Source of the DNA: Octopus bimaculoides | Taxonomy: Eukaryota | Reading direction: 5' to 3' | DNA: 35,628 nucleotides | NCBI RefSeq assembly: GCF_001194135.2 | Contig: NC_068987.1 | Coordinates: 11,981,982-12,017,609 of the forward strand | Notes under the pieces: model-generated | Told to the model about the DNA's origin: nothing | The model's input: the letters and a program-made list of their open reading frames with translations, nothing else | Database searches by the model: none | Program-made: the position numbers and the translations under genes | In this document: positions 12,057-23,830 of the stretch, one piece after another | Numbering within the stretch: the first letter of the stretch is position 1 | Layout: each line of letters begins with the position of its first letter

Positions 12057-12216
12057 ACGGGGTTCTTTCAGTTTCCGTCTACCAAACCCACTCACAAGTC
12101 TTTTGTCGGCCCGAGGCTATAGTAGAATACACTTGCACAATGTGCCACACAGTGGAACTAAACTGGAACCATGTGGTTCGTAAGCAAGCTTCTTCCCACA
12201 CAACACTCCTGTGTCT
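11756..12216 (-). mobile_element. SINE family B, full length, expanded internal (CA)n
   Basis: Reverse complement of the 10384-10793 structure. Confidence 0.9.
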
Positions 12217-12299
12217 ATGCGAATAATTTATCAATGAAATTCAATAGTAAGAAAAGTATGTATGGGTATATATCAGTATAGAGAAGGACAAACGGTCAC

Positions 12300-12425
12300 A
12301 GATATATATTTATATGCATATATTTATATCCATATTTATCTCTATATACATGTACATATGTACGTATCTATCTAGCTTATGTATGTATGTATGTATGTAT
12401 GTATGTATCTATCTATCTATCTTTA

Positions 12426-12488
<63 letters not shown>

Positions 12489-13014
12489 GTATACATACAT
12501 TCTAGCTTATACACCACAACCCGCTCCCAGACACATAGCAATAATGACAAGGTAAAAATGCATTTCTGAATGCATATATTCATACATGTATGTATACAAA
12601 TATATTATATTCATATATGAATATATTACAGTCATGTATGTATATCAGATAATCTCCCTACATTTTACATCAATAAATCTTGTGGCATGATCATCTGATA
12701 TCTTTGTACGAAAGAATCTTTTATTTAACAATTTGAACTTCGTTTCGATAATGCCTTTTAGATAGATCTATTAATCTAACAATTTTGGCAAACTTCCCTG
12801 TGATGCAGAGCTATTTTGGGTACCAAGTTTCTCTGAGACGATGGTAATATATATCTGTTTATATTTTGCGCCTGGGATTATTTGGTATTTCATCCAATTG
12901 TTAATATAATTTATGATATAATATAATTTAATATAGTATGTACGTATGTACGTATGTATGTATGTATGTATGTATGTATATATGCATGTATGCATGTATG
13001 CATATGTATGTATG

Positions 13015-13049
<35 letters not shown>

Positions 13050-13260
13050 GTATGTATGCATGTATGTATGTGTGTATGATATTATTCAGTTTATTTCAAG
13101 ATTTCTTGCCAATAGAGAAAGAACCGGTTTCTAACCAAGTCTCCATCATTGGAATTTCATCATCAAGAACAGGGTATTTATTGTTTGTTTGTTTGTTTGT
13201 TTGTTAGTATGTATGTATGTATGTATATATGCATGTATGTATGCATGTATGCATGCGAGG
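12300..13260. repeat. Clusters of (TATG)n/(TA)n/(TTTG)n microsatellites
   Basis: Direct reading of 12300-12500, 12935-13080 and 13180-13260. Confidence 0.85.
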
Positions 13261-13299
13261 ATTAGTCTTTCCATAAATTTCTTCTTAAACATATTCTTC

Positions 13300-13355
13300 G
13301 ACTGCAGCCAATGTGGCCGCAGTCAAATAAGCGAAAAAAAAAGAATAAAAGAATA
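13300..13355 (+). mobile_element. Isolated SINE family B 3' tail fragment
   Basis: 'tggccgcagtcaaataagcgaaaaaaaaagaataaaagaata' resembles the family B terminus. Confidence 0.55.
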
Positions 13356-13424
13356 CATTGAATATCCATATATAATAAATGATATGTACATATATCAGTG
13401 TTTGTACGCATGCATGTAAATAGG

Positions 13425-13455
<31 letters not shown>

Positions 13456-15184
13456 ATGTATGTTTCCAGCCTACGCTCTTCCACAGAAAGGAACACAGAA
13501 AGAAACAAGGAGAGAAACAAGGAGAGAAACAAGGAGAGAAAAAAATGTGTGTAGTGGTTAGCGATCTAACACACGCACACATACATATATATGTATATAT
13601 GCATATGTATATATACGCATGTATCTACTTGCATCTACTAGGAGAACCAGAACATAAAAAATATAAAAAGTAAGAATGAATTATATAGAAATATATACTC
13701 GCATAATAAAATAAGTATGTAAAAAAAATCTTTCTCTCAGCGATTCTCTCCTCTTGGGGGAAATTTCTCTCCCCCCATTTCCCTCTGCCTCTCAAGCTTA
13801 AAGGAACCGCATATGGCAGCAACGGCGGTCACCAGTCAAATTTCACACGTTTGTTAAACAATTGTCGAAATCTGAATGGAACACAATAAACTGGTGGCAA
13901 GAAGCCATGGCGAAATGAAACATTGGAAACTAATCTGAAATCATCCCGATGCATCAGCATAGGAAAAACGACGGCAGGTCCAACATTCGTACCCGAGAAG
14001 AACAAAAAAGGGCTTGTATATAGTTTGTAGTGAAAACGGTAACCATATCTACATGAAGACCTAACAAACAAGGCGAATATATACTGGAAAACAAAACAAA
14101 ACAAAACAATGATAAATGGGAGAAATAATATAAGACCCCTGAAAGATACCCAAAATGAAGTCTTAAACACATAAGAGACTTTCTATTAATCAAACTCTCC
14201 TCCACTGTTAAAAGTAAAAGAAATAGAAAATATCGATCGTACTCTGTATATTGTTAATGGTAATCTCATTTGTAAGTGAATCATAGGCTTTTAATGCCCC
14301 CCTTCTTTCACATCTTGTGTCGACCATTAAAAAAAAACGAAAAGAAAAGTCGATCGTTTATGTAGTTACTAAGATTTAGATTTACCTGCATCTACTAGGA
14401 CAATCATAACATTATAAAGCAGTGGTTTCGCATCCACGAAAGAACGCTACATCAAGGAAGAACGTTGTTACATCAAGGAAGTCTAACAGCTTGTATGAGA
14501 ACATTGGGATTAGATCGCTCGAATGTGGGCCCCATCTCGCATTTCATCTCTTGTAGCAAAAGTTTCATGTCAGATAACCTCAATGGGGCTATCGATAGAA
14601 CTCTCTTCGAATAACACTCTACCAACGCTGGTGTAGTTCAATCTTTGATTATATATTTGGCACTTTGCTACTTCTAGTCATAAACACTTCGATGTCACAT
14701 GGTACAATACTTTATTCTTCCAGAATATCCGAACTCAAACATGATACCTAGACCACTGATTCCACATTTGAATGGCTCGAACAGACACAAACAATGAAAG
14801 CATTCTCCGATAGAGAGGTGCTTTTGATTTTTGGGACGATGATCTCTTCTTCAAAACTACCCAGAAATATCAAATTGTTACACAGAAATACACAACTGTT
14901 ACAACCAACCAACCAACCAACCAACTAAATAGATAAATCCCTCAAGATCCTTATAAATCATAGGCTCCAAAATAGTTGATAATCTCCACGGTAATCTTGT
15001 ATCGACAACACAACCAAAACTGCACCCAACATATGTAATATAGAATATACAACATGACTTTATATGACGAAATACTAAAACAGCGCAGCATGTATCCCAA
15101 AAGTATGTCTAGATGACCGTATACAGTACTCCACGAAAAAATGAAGGGGAGGAGATGAAATCATTTTATTATCTATGAAAATTT

Positions 15185-16015
15185 CCAATAGAGATTGGTA
15201 GCGACATATATGCCATGCTTGTAATAAAAACAGGTAAAATCTAAGATAATTGTTTTTCTAGGTAACAAAACAATGATGTAATAGAAGAGCAGTGGAGGTT
15301 AAATTTATTTAGATATGTACAAAAGATGAGGTGAAATGTAAATTTGGAGAAAGAGAGAAAAGAGGAAAGGAAAGGTCAGAAAAAAATTAGAGTTAAAGCT
15401 AAACGATAAGTGCAGCTTCAAAGCGATCAACTCCTGAGCAGTCTATTGAGATATTCTGCAGTCTTCCTTGAATGATAATCGAATTTGTGGAGATTAATCG
15501 ATGCACTAGAAAACTATTAACAATGCCCAAGGCTCTCACACATACAAACCAGTGTTGTTAGATCATATATTAGAAAAGAAAAAGTGGGAAGAACAAGTCT
15601 ATTCAATATAAGTCACAGAACACTAAACATTAACAGAATTGAAGAAGTATGTTAGTTGGATTAGTGAAAAGGACCTTATATCAGGAAAATCAATGGCGAA
15701 TGGAAAGAACGAGAAAATATTTGAAAACAAAATAAAAAAAAAACAAGTAGAGAAAAATGGAATGAAAATGTGTTACATGGTCGATTTGCCAGACAAACCG
15801 AAGAGATAACAATAGAATAAAAGTAGGAGTGGCTGAAAAAATAGGGTTAAACGAGGGAAAACTGAAACGTTGATTTTCCTTTTATAGAATAAGTGATTAA
15901 GACTTTTTTTAAAAACAAACACAGGCAGAAAACATTCTTATTGTAGGTGTCGGATGTGTGGTAAAGTACACAAACATGTCAGTCATTTAATGCGAGAATG
16001 TAGCAAGATGATGCT
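15185..16015 (+). mobile_element. R4/Dong-type non-LTR retrotransposon relic: RT C-terminus/thumb to CCHC zinc knuckle, many stops and frameshifts
   Basis: Motif remnants IEIGSDIYAMLVIKTGK, KAINS*AV, LRYSA, TRKLLTM..AL, WNENVLHGRFARQTEE and CRMCGK..KHVSHLMREC, in the order expected for R4-clade ORFs. Confidence 0.8.
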
Positions 16016-16018
16016 TAA

Positions 16019-16180
16019 GCAGACATGGTTAAGTGGGCAAGAAGCTCGCTTTTCAACCACGTGGCTCCGGGTTCAGCTCCACTGCACAGAACCATAGGCA
16101 AATGTCTCCTACTATAGCTCCGGACCGACTGATGACTTGCTAGTGGATTAGATAGAGAGAAACTGTGTAGAAGCTCGACA
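16019..16180 (+). mobile_element. SINE family B 5' half, diverged, directly after the R4 relic
   Basis: 'caaccacgtggctccgggttcagctccactgca..ggcaaatgtctcctactatagctccggaccgac..agtggattagatagagagaaactg'. Confidence 0.75.
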
Positions 16181-16224
16181 TGTATATATATGTATATAAA
16201 TGCGTGTAGTGGTTAGCGATATAT

Positions 16225-16308
<84 letters not shown>

Positions 16309-16762
16309 ATATAAGTATAAGGTGTGTTATGAGCATTTATAGAACACGTATCCTATATAGATTCAACGAACAATTAAAGATGGCGAAGAGAAGATGTTAA
16401 AAGTTTTATAAAATTTTAATCCATGCATACGATCGTTTCGAATGGTAACACCAGCATGTGAGAAAATATGGAAAAAAATAAATTAATTATGATTATAATT
16501 AAATTAATTTAATTACATATTACCATTCTCCACAATGCAAAAAGAAGAATACACCAGAAAGGTAGTATCAGAAGAATATTATGTTGCAGAAGACTATATG
16601 GAATCCGTGTCACATAACTCATTCGGATATTCATAAAAGGATTATGAAAGATGTAATATAATAACATGCTTAGGTAGTGTTGACTCTAGTTATGTAAGAA
16701 CTAGTTCTTTCACAATTAGTTCTTACATGGCAAATCGACCATGTAACACATTTTCATTCCAT

Positions 16763-17018
16763 TTTTTGGGGAGGGGGCCAGTCGATTAGATTAACCTCCA
16801 GTACGCAACTGGTACGTAATTTATCGACCTCAAAAGGATGAAAGGCACAGTCGACCTTGGCGGAATTACGATGGAATCCCATATTCTTTTCTACTTTAGG
16901 CACAAGGCCCGAAATTTTTAGGGAGGGGTCCAGTCGATTAGGTCGACCCCAGTACGTAACTAGTACTTAATTTATCGACCCCGAAAGAATGAAAGGCAAA
17001 GGCGACCTCGTCGGAATT
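16763..17018 (-). mobile_element. Two tandem 5'-truncated SINE family A copies (16763-16867, 16884-17018)
   Basis: Both are reverse-complement family A bodies ending at cggaatt and followed by acgatg[g/t]aatcccata. Confidence 0.88.
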
Positions 17019-17064
17019 ACGATGTAATCCCATAGAGTGTAACAAATTTCACATCTGACATTTG

Positions 17065-17861
17065 ATGATGACGACAACGACGACGATGCTGATTATTACG
17101 ATAATGATGACAAAGACAACAATGACGATCGTAATTGTGATAGTGGTGGCAGTGGTGATAAGGGTGACGCTAAAGATGGTGGTGGTGGTATATTGGTGGT
17201 GATGGTAATAATAGCATTAGTGATTGTAAAGATGATGAAGACGACTATGATGTTGATGCTGCTGGTATTGTTGCTACAGCTGTTGCATCTGATGATGATG
17301 GTGGTGGTGGTGATGGTTCTGGTGGTGGTTTTAGTAAGATGTAAGTAATAGTGGTAACGGTAGTAATGAGAACCACAAGACGGCGATGACGACGACGACG
17401 ATGGAGGCAGCGGCGGTAGCGACGATCGCGAGACAGAGAAGGAAAATATGAGCAAAATGATTTTTTAAATTCTGAGAAAATGGAAATTAATAAAGCTTAT
17501 GTATTTCCCATCTGCATTAAACATAAAATGATGATAGCTACAAAAGAAAGCAACAACAAAAACAAACAATAAATACAATGATACCAAAAGAGATAAAACA
17601 TGCAATAACGATAGCAAGAACAAAAGGAAAAGAAGAATAAAATAAGAGACAGATTTCGAGAATCGTTATGTTATCACTTTTATTGTTTCATCGGAATTCC
17701 TGCCTTTTCTGTTCAGCGGTATCTCTGAGGACTATATTTTCGCCTTCATGTGAAAATCTGCTATCATCTGTGTTTATACATCTTTTATTACACGTACTCT
17801 CTTATGCATATACAGTATCCGTTTCCAATCCCCCATTGCCTCCGATATAATAATAATAGTA

Positions 17862-17935
<74 letters not shown>

Positions 17936-17946
17936 AAATAATAATA

Positions 17947-17983
<37 letters not shown>

Positions 17984-18126
17984 TGATGATGATGATGATG
18001 ATGATAATAATGATAATAATAATAATAATAATAATAAGAAGAAGAAGAAGAATAATAATAAGAAGAAGAAGTGTATATTCCCTCCTATTTCCGATGTTTT
18101 GTTCTCTCCCCTGTTTCTAGCCTTTC

Positions 18127-18201
<75 letters not shown>

Positions 18202-18362
18202 CATTATTATTATTATTATTTTGTTCTACTTCACTCAATTTCATGCGCGTATCAATATTAGTTATTGCAATTTACACATTCACGTACATTTATTTGTCTT
18301 CATCTGAATTCTATAGTTCTCATTCCATATCGCATTCTATAAGCACATGCTCTCAAATATCC

Positions 18363-18424
<62 letters not shown>
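17065..18424. repeat. Decayed and fresh trinucleotide arrays (GAT/GGT/AAT/AAG, then ATT) and (CT)n
   Basis: Direct reading of 17065-17430, 17848-18070, 18130-18222 and 18365-18424. Confidence 0.9.
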
Positions 18425-18427
<3 letters not shown>

Positions 18428-19805
18428 GTTTTCCCCGTATACCACATGAATCTTCTTCCAATTCCGTTTACATAACGTTATCTAACAATATATAAATATA
18501 TATAACTATACGTATATATACACACATATACTTACATTCATACACACACACATGCATACATACATACAAACATACATACATACACGCATACATCATACAT
18601 ACATACATACACACGCACAAACGCACGCACACATCCTCCTTTTATACTTAGAGTCAACGAACAAACAAAACACTTCTTTGTTTTCCCGCGTGCAATTAAT
18701 GAGGGCTTGATTTAAATTATGTTTATATGTTATGTTTGTATATAAGTATTAAAGATCACGGGGTAGCAATTATGACTTGTTATCGCAAACCCATAGTAAC
18801 CATATCTCTATTTCATCTACGCATCCTTGAACTCCTATAACAAAAGGTATAGCAAACTCCGAAAATGATCGACACGAATATACGCTTATAAATAAGTTAT
18901 AACTCATCAATGCGTAAATAAACTCAATGTAAATAGAGAATCATTTCAAAATTGAAACATAGTCACCGACACTACTTAAGCTATGACAACCATTAAATTA
19001 TACAGCTTCTAATTTTGGAAACAAAATGGCCGCACATTGAGTTTTTAATTATTTGTGAATAAAAATGTAAATGTCTCAATTTTGTTTAAGAATTTCTTTC
19101 ACTTGTTATGTATTTATTTATTGGTAGCACTGTTGCCAGCTACTTTTATTGATAAGCTTTTCTTTTGTAGCACGATGTAATGAATCAATGCGTGAGAAAT
19201 CGTTACAACTATCAATGCGGTTGTTGCTGTAGAGAAAATGTTTTCGGTACCTTTAACAGGCATTATATGGGGGACTCTCAAAATATTGCGATATCGTCAA
19301 ATATACAATATGAAATTGAATTACTAGCTGTGATTTAGAATTCATTCTAACAGCGCCGAAACATCAGTAGTTTTGCATTTACTTTTTACAGGCAGGGTAT
19401 GTGGTTATGTTGGGGCACCGCCATTGGTGTTTGCTTGTTTATATCACTTCATTTCCGTGGAAATTTCCACGGCCTTCCGTTCGTGTTTTGTTTTCTGTGA
19501 ATTTATGTGCAGCAAAAAAAAACAAAACAAAAAAAACCCACCCAAATGTATGAAACAAAATAAATGCACTTATCTGCGTTTCTTGCTGTGATGCATATTT
19601 ATCCAGTATCTCAAGCAAACATAAAAATAAATGTGTTTTTCTTTTAAACAAATCTCCGTTCAGATCTCGAAGACACTTAAGATTTTACGGTAAAATTATT
19701 GAAAAGTTTTGGGTCCTTGAACCCTAAGCCTTTATAGAACAGTGTCTTCATTCTAGATAGAGATAAGGGATTATTTACTGCTTCGTACCATGGTGAACAT
19801 AATTA

Positions 19806-19940
19806 CACACACACACACAACCGGCTTCTGCACAGTTTCTTCTTACTAAATTCACTTACAAGACATTGATCGCTGGGCGGCACTGTATTAGAAGACACCT
19901 ACCCACGGTGCCATTTAGGGGCGTTGTATCCGGAAAACAT
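19806..19940 (-). mobile_element. SINE family B internal fragment, diverged
   Basis: (CA)n followed by 'accggcttctgcacagtttc..ctaaattcacttacaag..tagaagacacctacccacggtgcc', a reverse complement of the family B body. Confidence 0.65.
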
Positions 19941-19963
19941 TGTTGTTCATCGCAAATAATAGT

Positions 19964-20155
19964 TCTTTCCAATTTTTGGCACAAGAACAACAGTTTTGAG
20001 GGGAGGGGTAAGGCAATACTTGATTGGTACATATTTTATCGACTCAAAGGTACGAAAGGCACAGTCGATGACGACGGAATCTGATCTCAGAACACAAAAA
20101 GCTGGAAGAAATACTGCTACACATTTGGTCCGATAGGCTAACGAATCTGTGAACC
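19964..20155 (-). mobile_element. SINE family A, diverged
   Basis: Reverse-complement family A motifs ('ttttatcgactcaaaggtacgaaaggcacagtcga..ggaatctgatctcagaac'). Confidence 0.75.
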
Positions 20156-20164
20156 CGTAACAAT

Positions 20165-20343
20165 AAAAATGCTGAGCGGCATTTCGTCTGCCTTAACATT
20201 CTGTGTTCAAATTCCGCCGAGGACAACTTTGTTTTTATCCTTTCGAGGGCGATAAAATAAGTACCAGTTGAGCTCTGACAGTCGATGTAACCAACTTATC
20301 TTCTCTCCCAAAATTTCTGGCCTTGTGCCAAAATCTGAAATCA
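20165..20343 (+). mobile_element. SINE family A, 5'-truncated
   Basis: 'aaatgctgagcggcatttcgtctg..gttcaaattccgccgagg..gataaaataagtaccag..ggccttgtgccaaaatctgaaa'. Confidence 0.8.
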
Positions 20344-20439
20344 ATAGATATAAGTTCGGAATCCGGTCTAAGACTATGTAAAAGTGCATTCGGTAACGAT
20401 GTATTATTGCAAAACGTAAGTTAATATAGAGTGTTGGAA

Positions 20440-21107
20440 GGGCGGCGAACTGGCAGAAAAGTTAGCATGCAGGGCGAAATGCTTAGCAGCATTTCGTCTG
20501 TCTTTACGTTCTGAGTTCAAATTCCGCCGAGGTCGACTTTGCCTTTCATCCTTTCGGGGTCGATAAATTAAGTACCAGTTACGCACTGGGGTCAATGTAA
20601 TCGACTTAATCCCTTTGTCTGTCCTTGTTTGTCCCCTCTATGTTTAGCCCCTTGTGGGCAATAAAGAAATAAGAAATGTTAGCATGCCAGGCGGATTGCT
20701 TAGCGGTATTTCGTCTGTCTTTATGTTCTGAGTTCAAATTCTGCTGGGGCTGATTTTGACTTTTCTCCTTTCGAGGTCGATAAATTAAGCACAAGTTGCG
20801 TACTGGGGCTGGTCTAATCGACTGGTCTAATCGACTGGTCCCCTTTCCAAAAATTTCGGGCCTTGTGCCTAGAGTAGAAAAGTATATATTTTAAAGGCGT
20901 CATGCTGGCAGAAACGTTAGAATGCCGGGCGAAGTGCTTAGCGGTATTTCGTCTGCCGTTACGTTCTGAGTTCAAATTCCTCCGAGGTCGACTTTACCTT
21001 TTATTCTTTCGGGGTCGATAAATTAAGCACCAGTTGCGTATTGGGGTCGATCTAATCGACTGGCCCCCTTCCCCAAAATTTCAGGCCTTGTGCCTAGAGT
21101 AGAAGAG
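20440..21107 (+). mobile_element. Head-to-tail SINE family A trimer within one 17-bp TSD
   Basis: Units at about 20440-20672 (tail variant 2), 20673-20884 and 20895-21107. Flanks aatataga[g/t]tgttggaa at 20423-20439 and 21108-21124. Confidence 0.9.
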
Positions 21108-22139
21108 AATATAGATTGTTGGAACCATAGAGTAAGTTTTATACAGAGAAGAAGAAATGAAATTTATCCCAGTGTTTGGATTATTTATATTTCTCTCAGT
21201 TGACGCAGAAAATCACTAATTTTCTGAGCTCCTACTGTTTTGCCATCGAATAAATTTAATCACCAGAGAATATCTGCAGCATTATAAGCAGTAAAGTTAC
21301 AAAGTGGTTTTTATTTTTTGTTTTTCTTAATTTTTTTTCGTTTTCCTGGAGATAATCAATTCTGCCTACAGTGTTACGATATAATATGTTGGCCTGTGAG
21401 TAAATCGTTTTGAAGATAACATATTTTCCCGTAACCTGTTTTATTTATGGAAAAACTCAATAATCTAATAATTTTTCTTTTGGAATGCTGAATCTCGAAA
21501 CAAATAAAGCTATAAACAATAGAGTATAAAAATTAGATTAAAAAGAAAAAAACTCTTTGGATGTGTGTGTTTCAGAATGCATCCTTCGACTTTTGCTATT
21601 CAAATGGTTTTTATAACGCAAAATTTACATGTAATTATTAATAGGTTTTTTTTTGTTGTTGTTTCGATATCCATCATTCCAAAAAAAGAACCATTTCACA
21701 TTCTCTATAAGTTTATAAAATTTCTTATGACGTCAGTTTGTAGGAATAAAGTTTCTAAAATGGGGAAGAGAAAATCGAAAGATTACTTTAACCCAAAGGT
21801 AGAAATCCTGTCATGTTTGCGGGAGACGTGAGTTCGTGTTCCACGGTCATCAGCCGACGTTTTCTATCCAAGTCGTTTTTAAACCCGTTAAAACCAATAC
21901 TTACTCATTTTACTTTCTTCGAGATCCACCATTACAAAAAATAATTATTTGCACGTTCTCTTGATGTTTGTAAAAATTCTTATGGCATCATCAATAGCGA
22001 TTATTTTTACATTAGCGCAAGGCTGCATATTTCAGAGAAACACGAAACACATGTTTATATCGATCCTAGTGCATTACAGGTACTTAATTTATCGATCTTG
22101 TTTTGACTAGAAAATATATCGATCAAGGGAATGGATCTC

Positions 22140-22235
22140 AGTCGTTCAAAGGTGAGGATTCAGTTGAGCAATCAACTGAATTACCTGCTCCTGAATTAAT
22201 GTGTATCTGGCTGAGCATTCTGCAGACGTATGTAC
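22140..22235 (-). mobile_element. SINE tail fragment of the type seen at 6780-6890
   Basis: 'attcagttgagcaatcaactgaattacctgctcctgaattaatgtgtatctggctgagcattctgcagacgtatgtactc' resembles the reverse complement of that tail. Confidence 0.5.
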
Positions 22236-22529
22236 TCGAGGCTACAGAAAATGACATTTTCTCCTAGATGTCATGCAACGGGTTCCAGCCGTCGTAGCTG
22301 CGATGCAAACATGTTAAACATTTAGCCATACAGCAACCATACACTCACACACACACACGTACACATGCATCCATGTGCTCACATATTTTGCACACCACGT
22401 ATACTTTTTATCTCAAGTCCCTCGCTTTTTTCTTTCTTCCTCTTATTTATTTTATGTAAAACCCCACATAAGTTGTAAGCTGTCCTTGAATGCTCTCATC
22501 TAAAGATAATAAAATCGTTATCGCACCGG

Positions 22530-22710
22530 AAACAATGCTCTGAAATACTTCTCTCTCTTTACGTTCTGAGTTCAAATTCTGTCAAAGTCGACTTCGTTTT
22601 TCATCCTTTCTGCTTCAATAAAATTAGCAGCATTTGAGTTCTAAGGTCGACATGATTAACTTCCTCTCTTCTCAAAACTGTTTACCGATTACCAAAATTA
22701 GAAAGAATTT
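22530..22710 (+). mobile_element. SINE family A, diverged partial
   Basis: 'ctttacgttctgagttcaaattctgtcaaagtcgacttcgtttttcatcctttc'. Confidence 0.7.
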
Positions 22711-22885
22711 TTAATGATTTCATCTTGCAACAGTCTAGTCAGTTGGAAATCAGTAGCAGCTAAGTGTTGGTACAGCTCCCTCATCCTCCAGTTGTCACAT
22801 ACCGTATATTTCAAAGGGTCAAGTAAGGGACGATTGAGAGAGTGTCGTCTGCTTGCGACTACATATACGAAAGCATTGGTATATA

Positions 22886-23309
22886 CTCTTTTTTTACTCT
22901 TTTTACTTGTTTCAGTCATTTGACTGCGGCCATGCTGGAGCACCGCCTTTAGTCGAGCAAATTGACCCCAGGACTTATTCTTTGGAAGCCTAGTACTTAT
23001 TATATCGGTTTCTTTTGCCGAACCGCTAAGTTACGGGGACGTAAAGACACCAGCATCGGTTGTTAAATGATGTTGGGGGGGGGGGACAAACACAGACACA
23101 CAAACATATACACACACATAAATATATATATATATATATATATATACGACGGGCTTCTTTTAGTTTCCGTCTACCAAATCCACTCACAAAGCTTTGGTCG
23201 GCCCGAGGCTATAGTAGAAGACACTTGCCCAAGGTGCCACGCAGTGGAACTGAACCCAGAACCATGCGGTTGGTAAGCAAGCTACTTACCACACAGCCAC
23301 TCCCGCGCC
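22886..23309 (-). mobile_element. SINE family B, full length, young-looking
   Basis: Reverse complement of the 10384-10793 structure, ending cccgcgcc; internal (CA)/(TA) tract. Confidence 0.93.
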
Positions 23310-23342
23310 TATGATGACCTTATTTTTACTTTTATTACAAGC

Positions 23343-23830
23343 TAGAGGACAGCTAGCTGGTAGAATCGTTAGCACGCTGGGAAAAATGCACAGTGGTATT
23401 TCGTCCGTCTTTTCGTTCTGAGTTCAAATTCCGCCGAGGTCGCCTTTACCTTTCATCCTTTCGGGGTTAATAAAATAAGTCCAAGTAAGTCGGTCTAAGT
23501 GGAGACGCGTGGCTTAGTGGTTAGGGTGTCAGCATCATGATCGTAAGATTGTGGTTTCGATTCCTGGACCGGGCGACGCGTTGTGTTCTTGAGCAAAACA
23601 CTTCATTTCAAGTTGCTCCAGTCCACTCAGCTGGCAAAAATGAGTAACGCTGCGATGGACTGGCGTCCTGTCCAGCTGCGGGGAACACATACGCCATTGA
23701 AACCGGGAAACAGGGCCCATGAGCCTGGCTAGACTTTAAAAGGGCGCATTTATTATTTATTTTAAGTTGGTCTAATCAACTTACTTCCTCTCTCAAAATT
23801 GCAGGCCTTGTTCCAAAATTTGAAACTATT
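23343..23830 (+). mobile_element. SINE family A split by a family C insertion
   Basis: 5' part 23343-23498; 3' part 23763-23830 ('ggtctaatcaacttacttcctctctcaaaattgcaggccttgttccaaaatttgaaa'). Confidence 0.85.
23499..23762 (+). mobile_element. SINE family C (tRNA head, CORE-like centre, V-domain-like motif), 13-bp TSD
   Basis: Head gtggcttagtggttagggtg..ggtttcgattcct; 'ttgtgttcttgagcaaaacacttca'; 'gctgcgatggactggcgtcctgtccag'. TSD taagt[c/t]ggtctaa at 23486-23498 and 23763-23775. Confidence 0.88.

Noticed and set aside
19171-19246. Candidate exon HDVMNQCVRNRYNYQCGCCCRENVF, phase-compatible with exon A
   Set aside because: Weak donor (gtacct) and an unrecognisable peptide.
21899-22030. Strong - strand donor gtaagt with an upstream acceptor
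   Set aside because: All three frames of the implied exon contain stops, and no supporting - strand exons were found.
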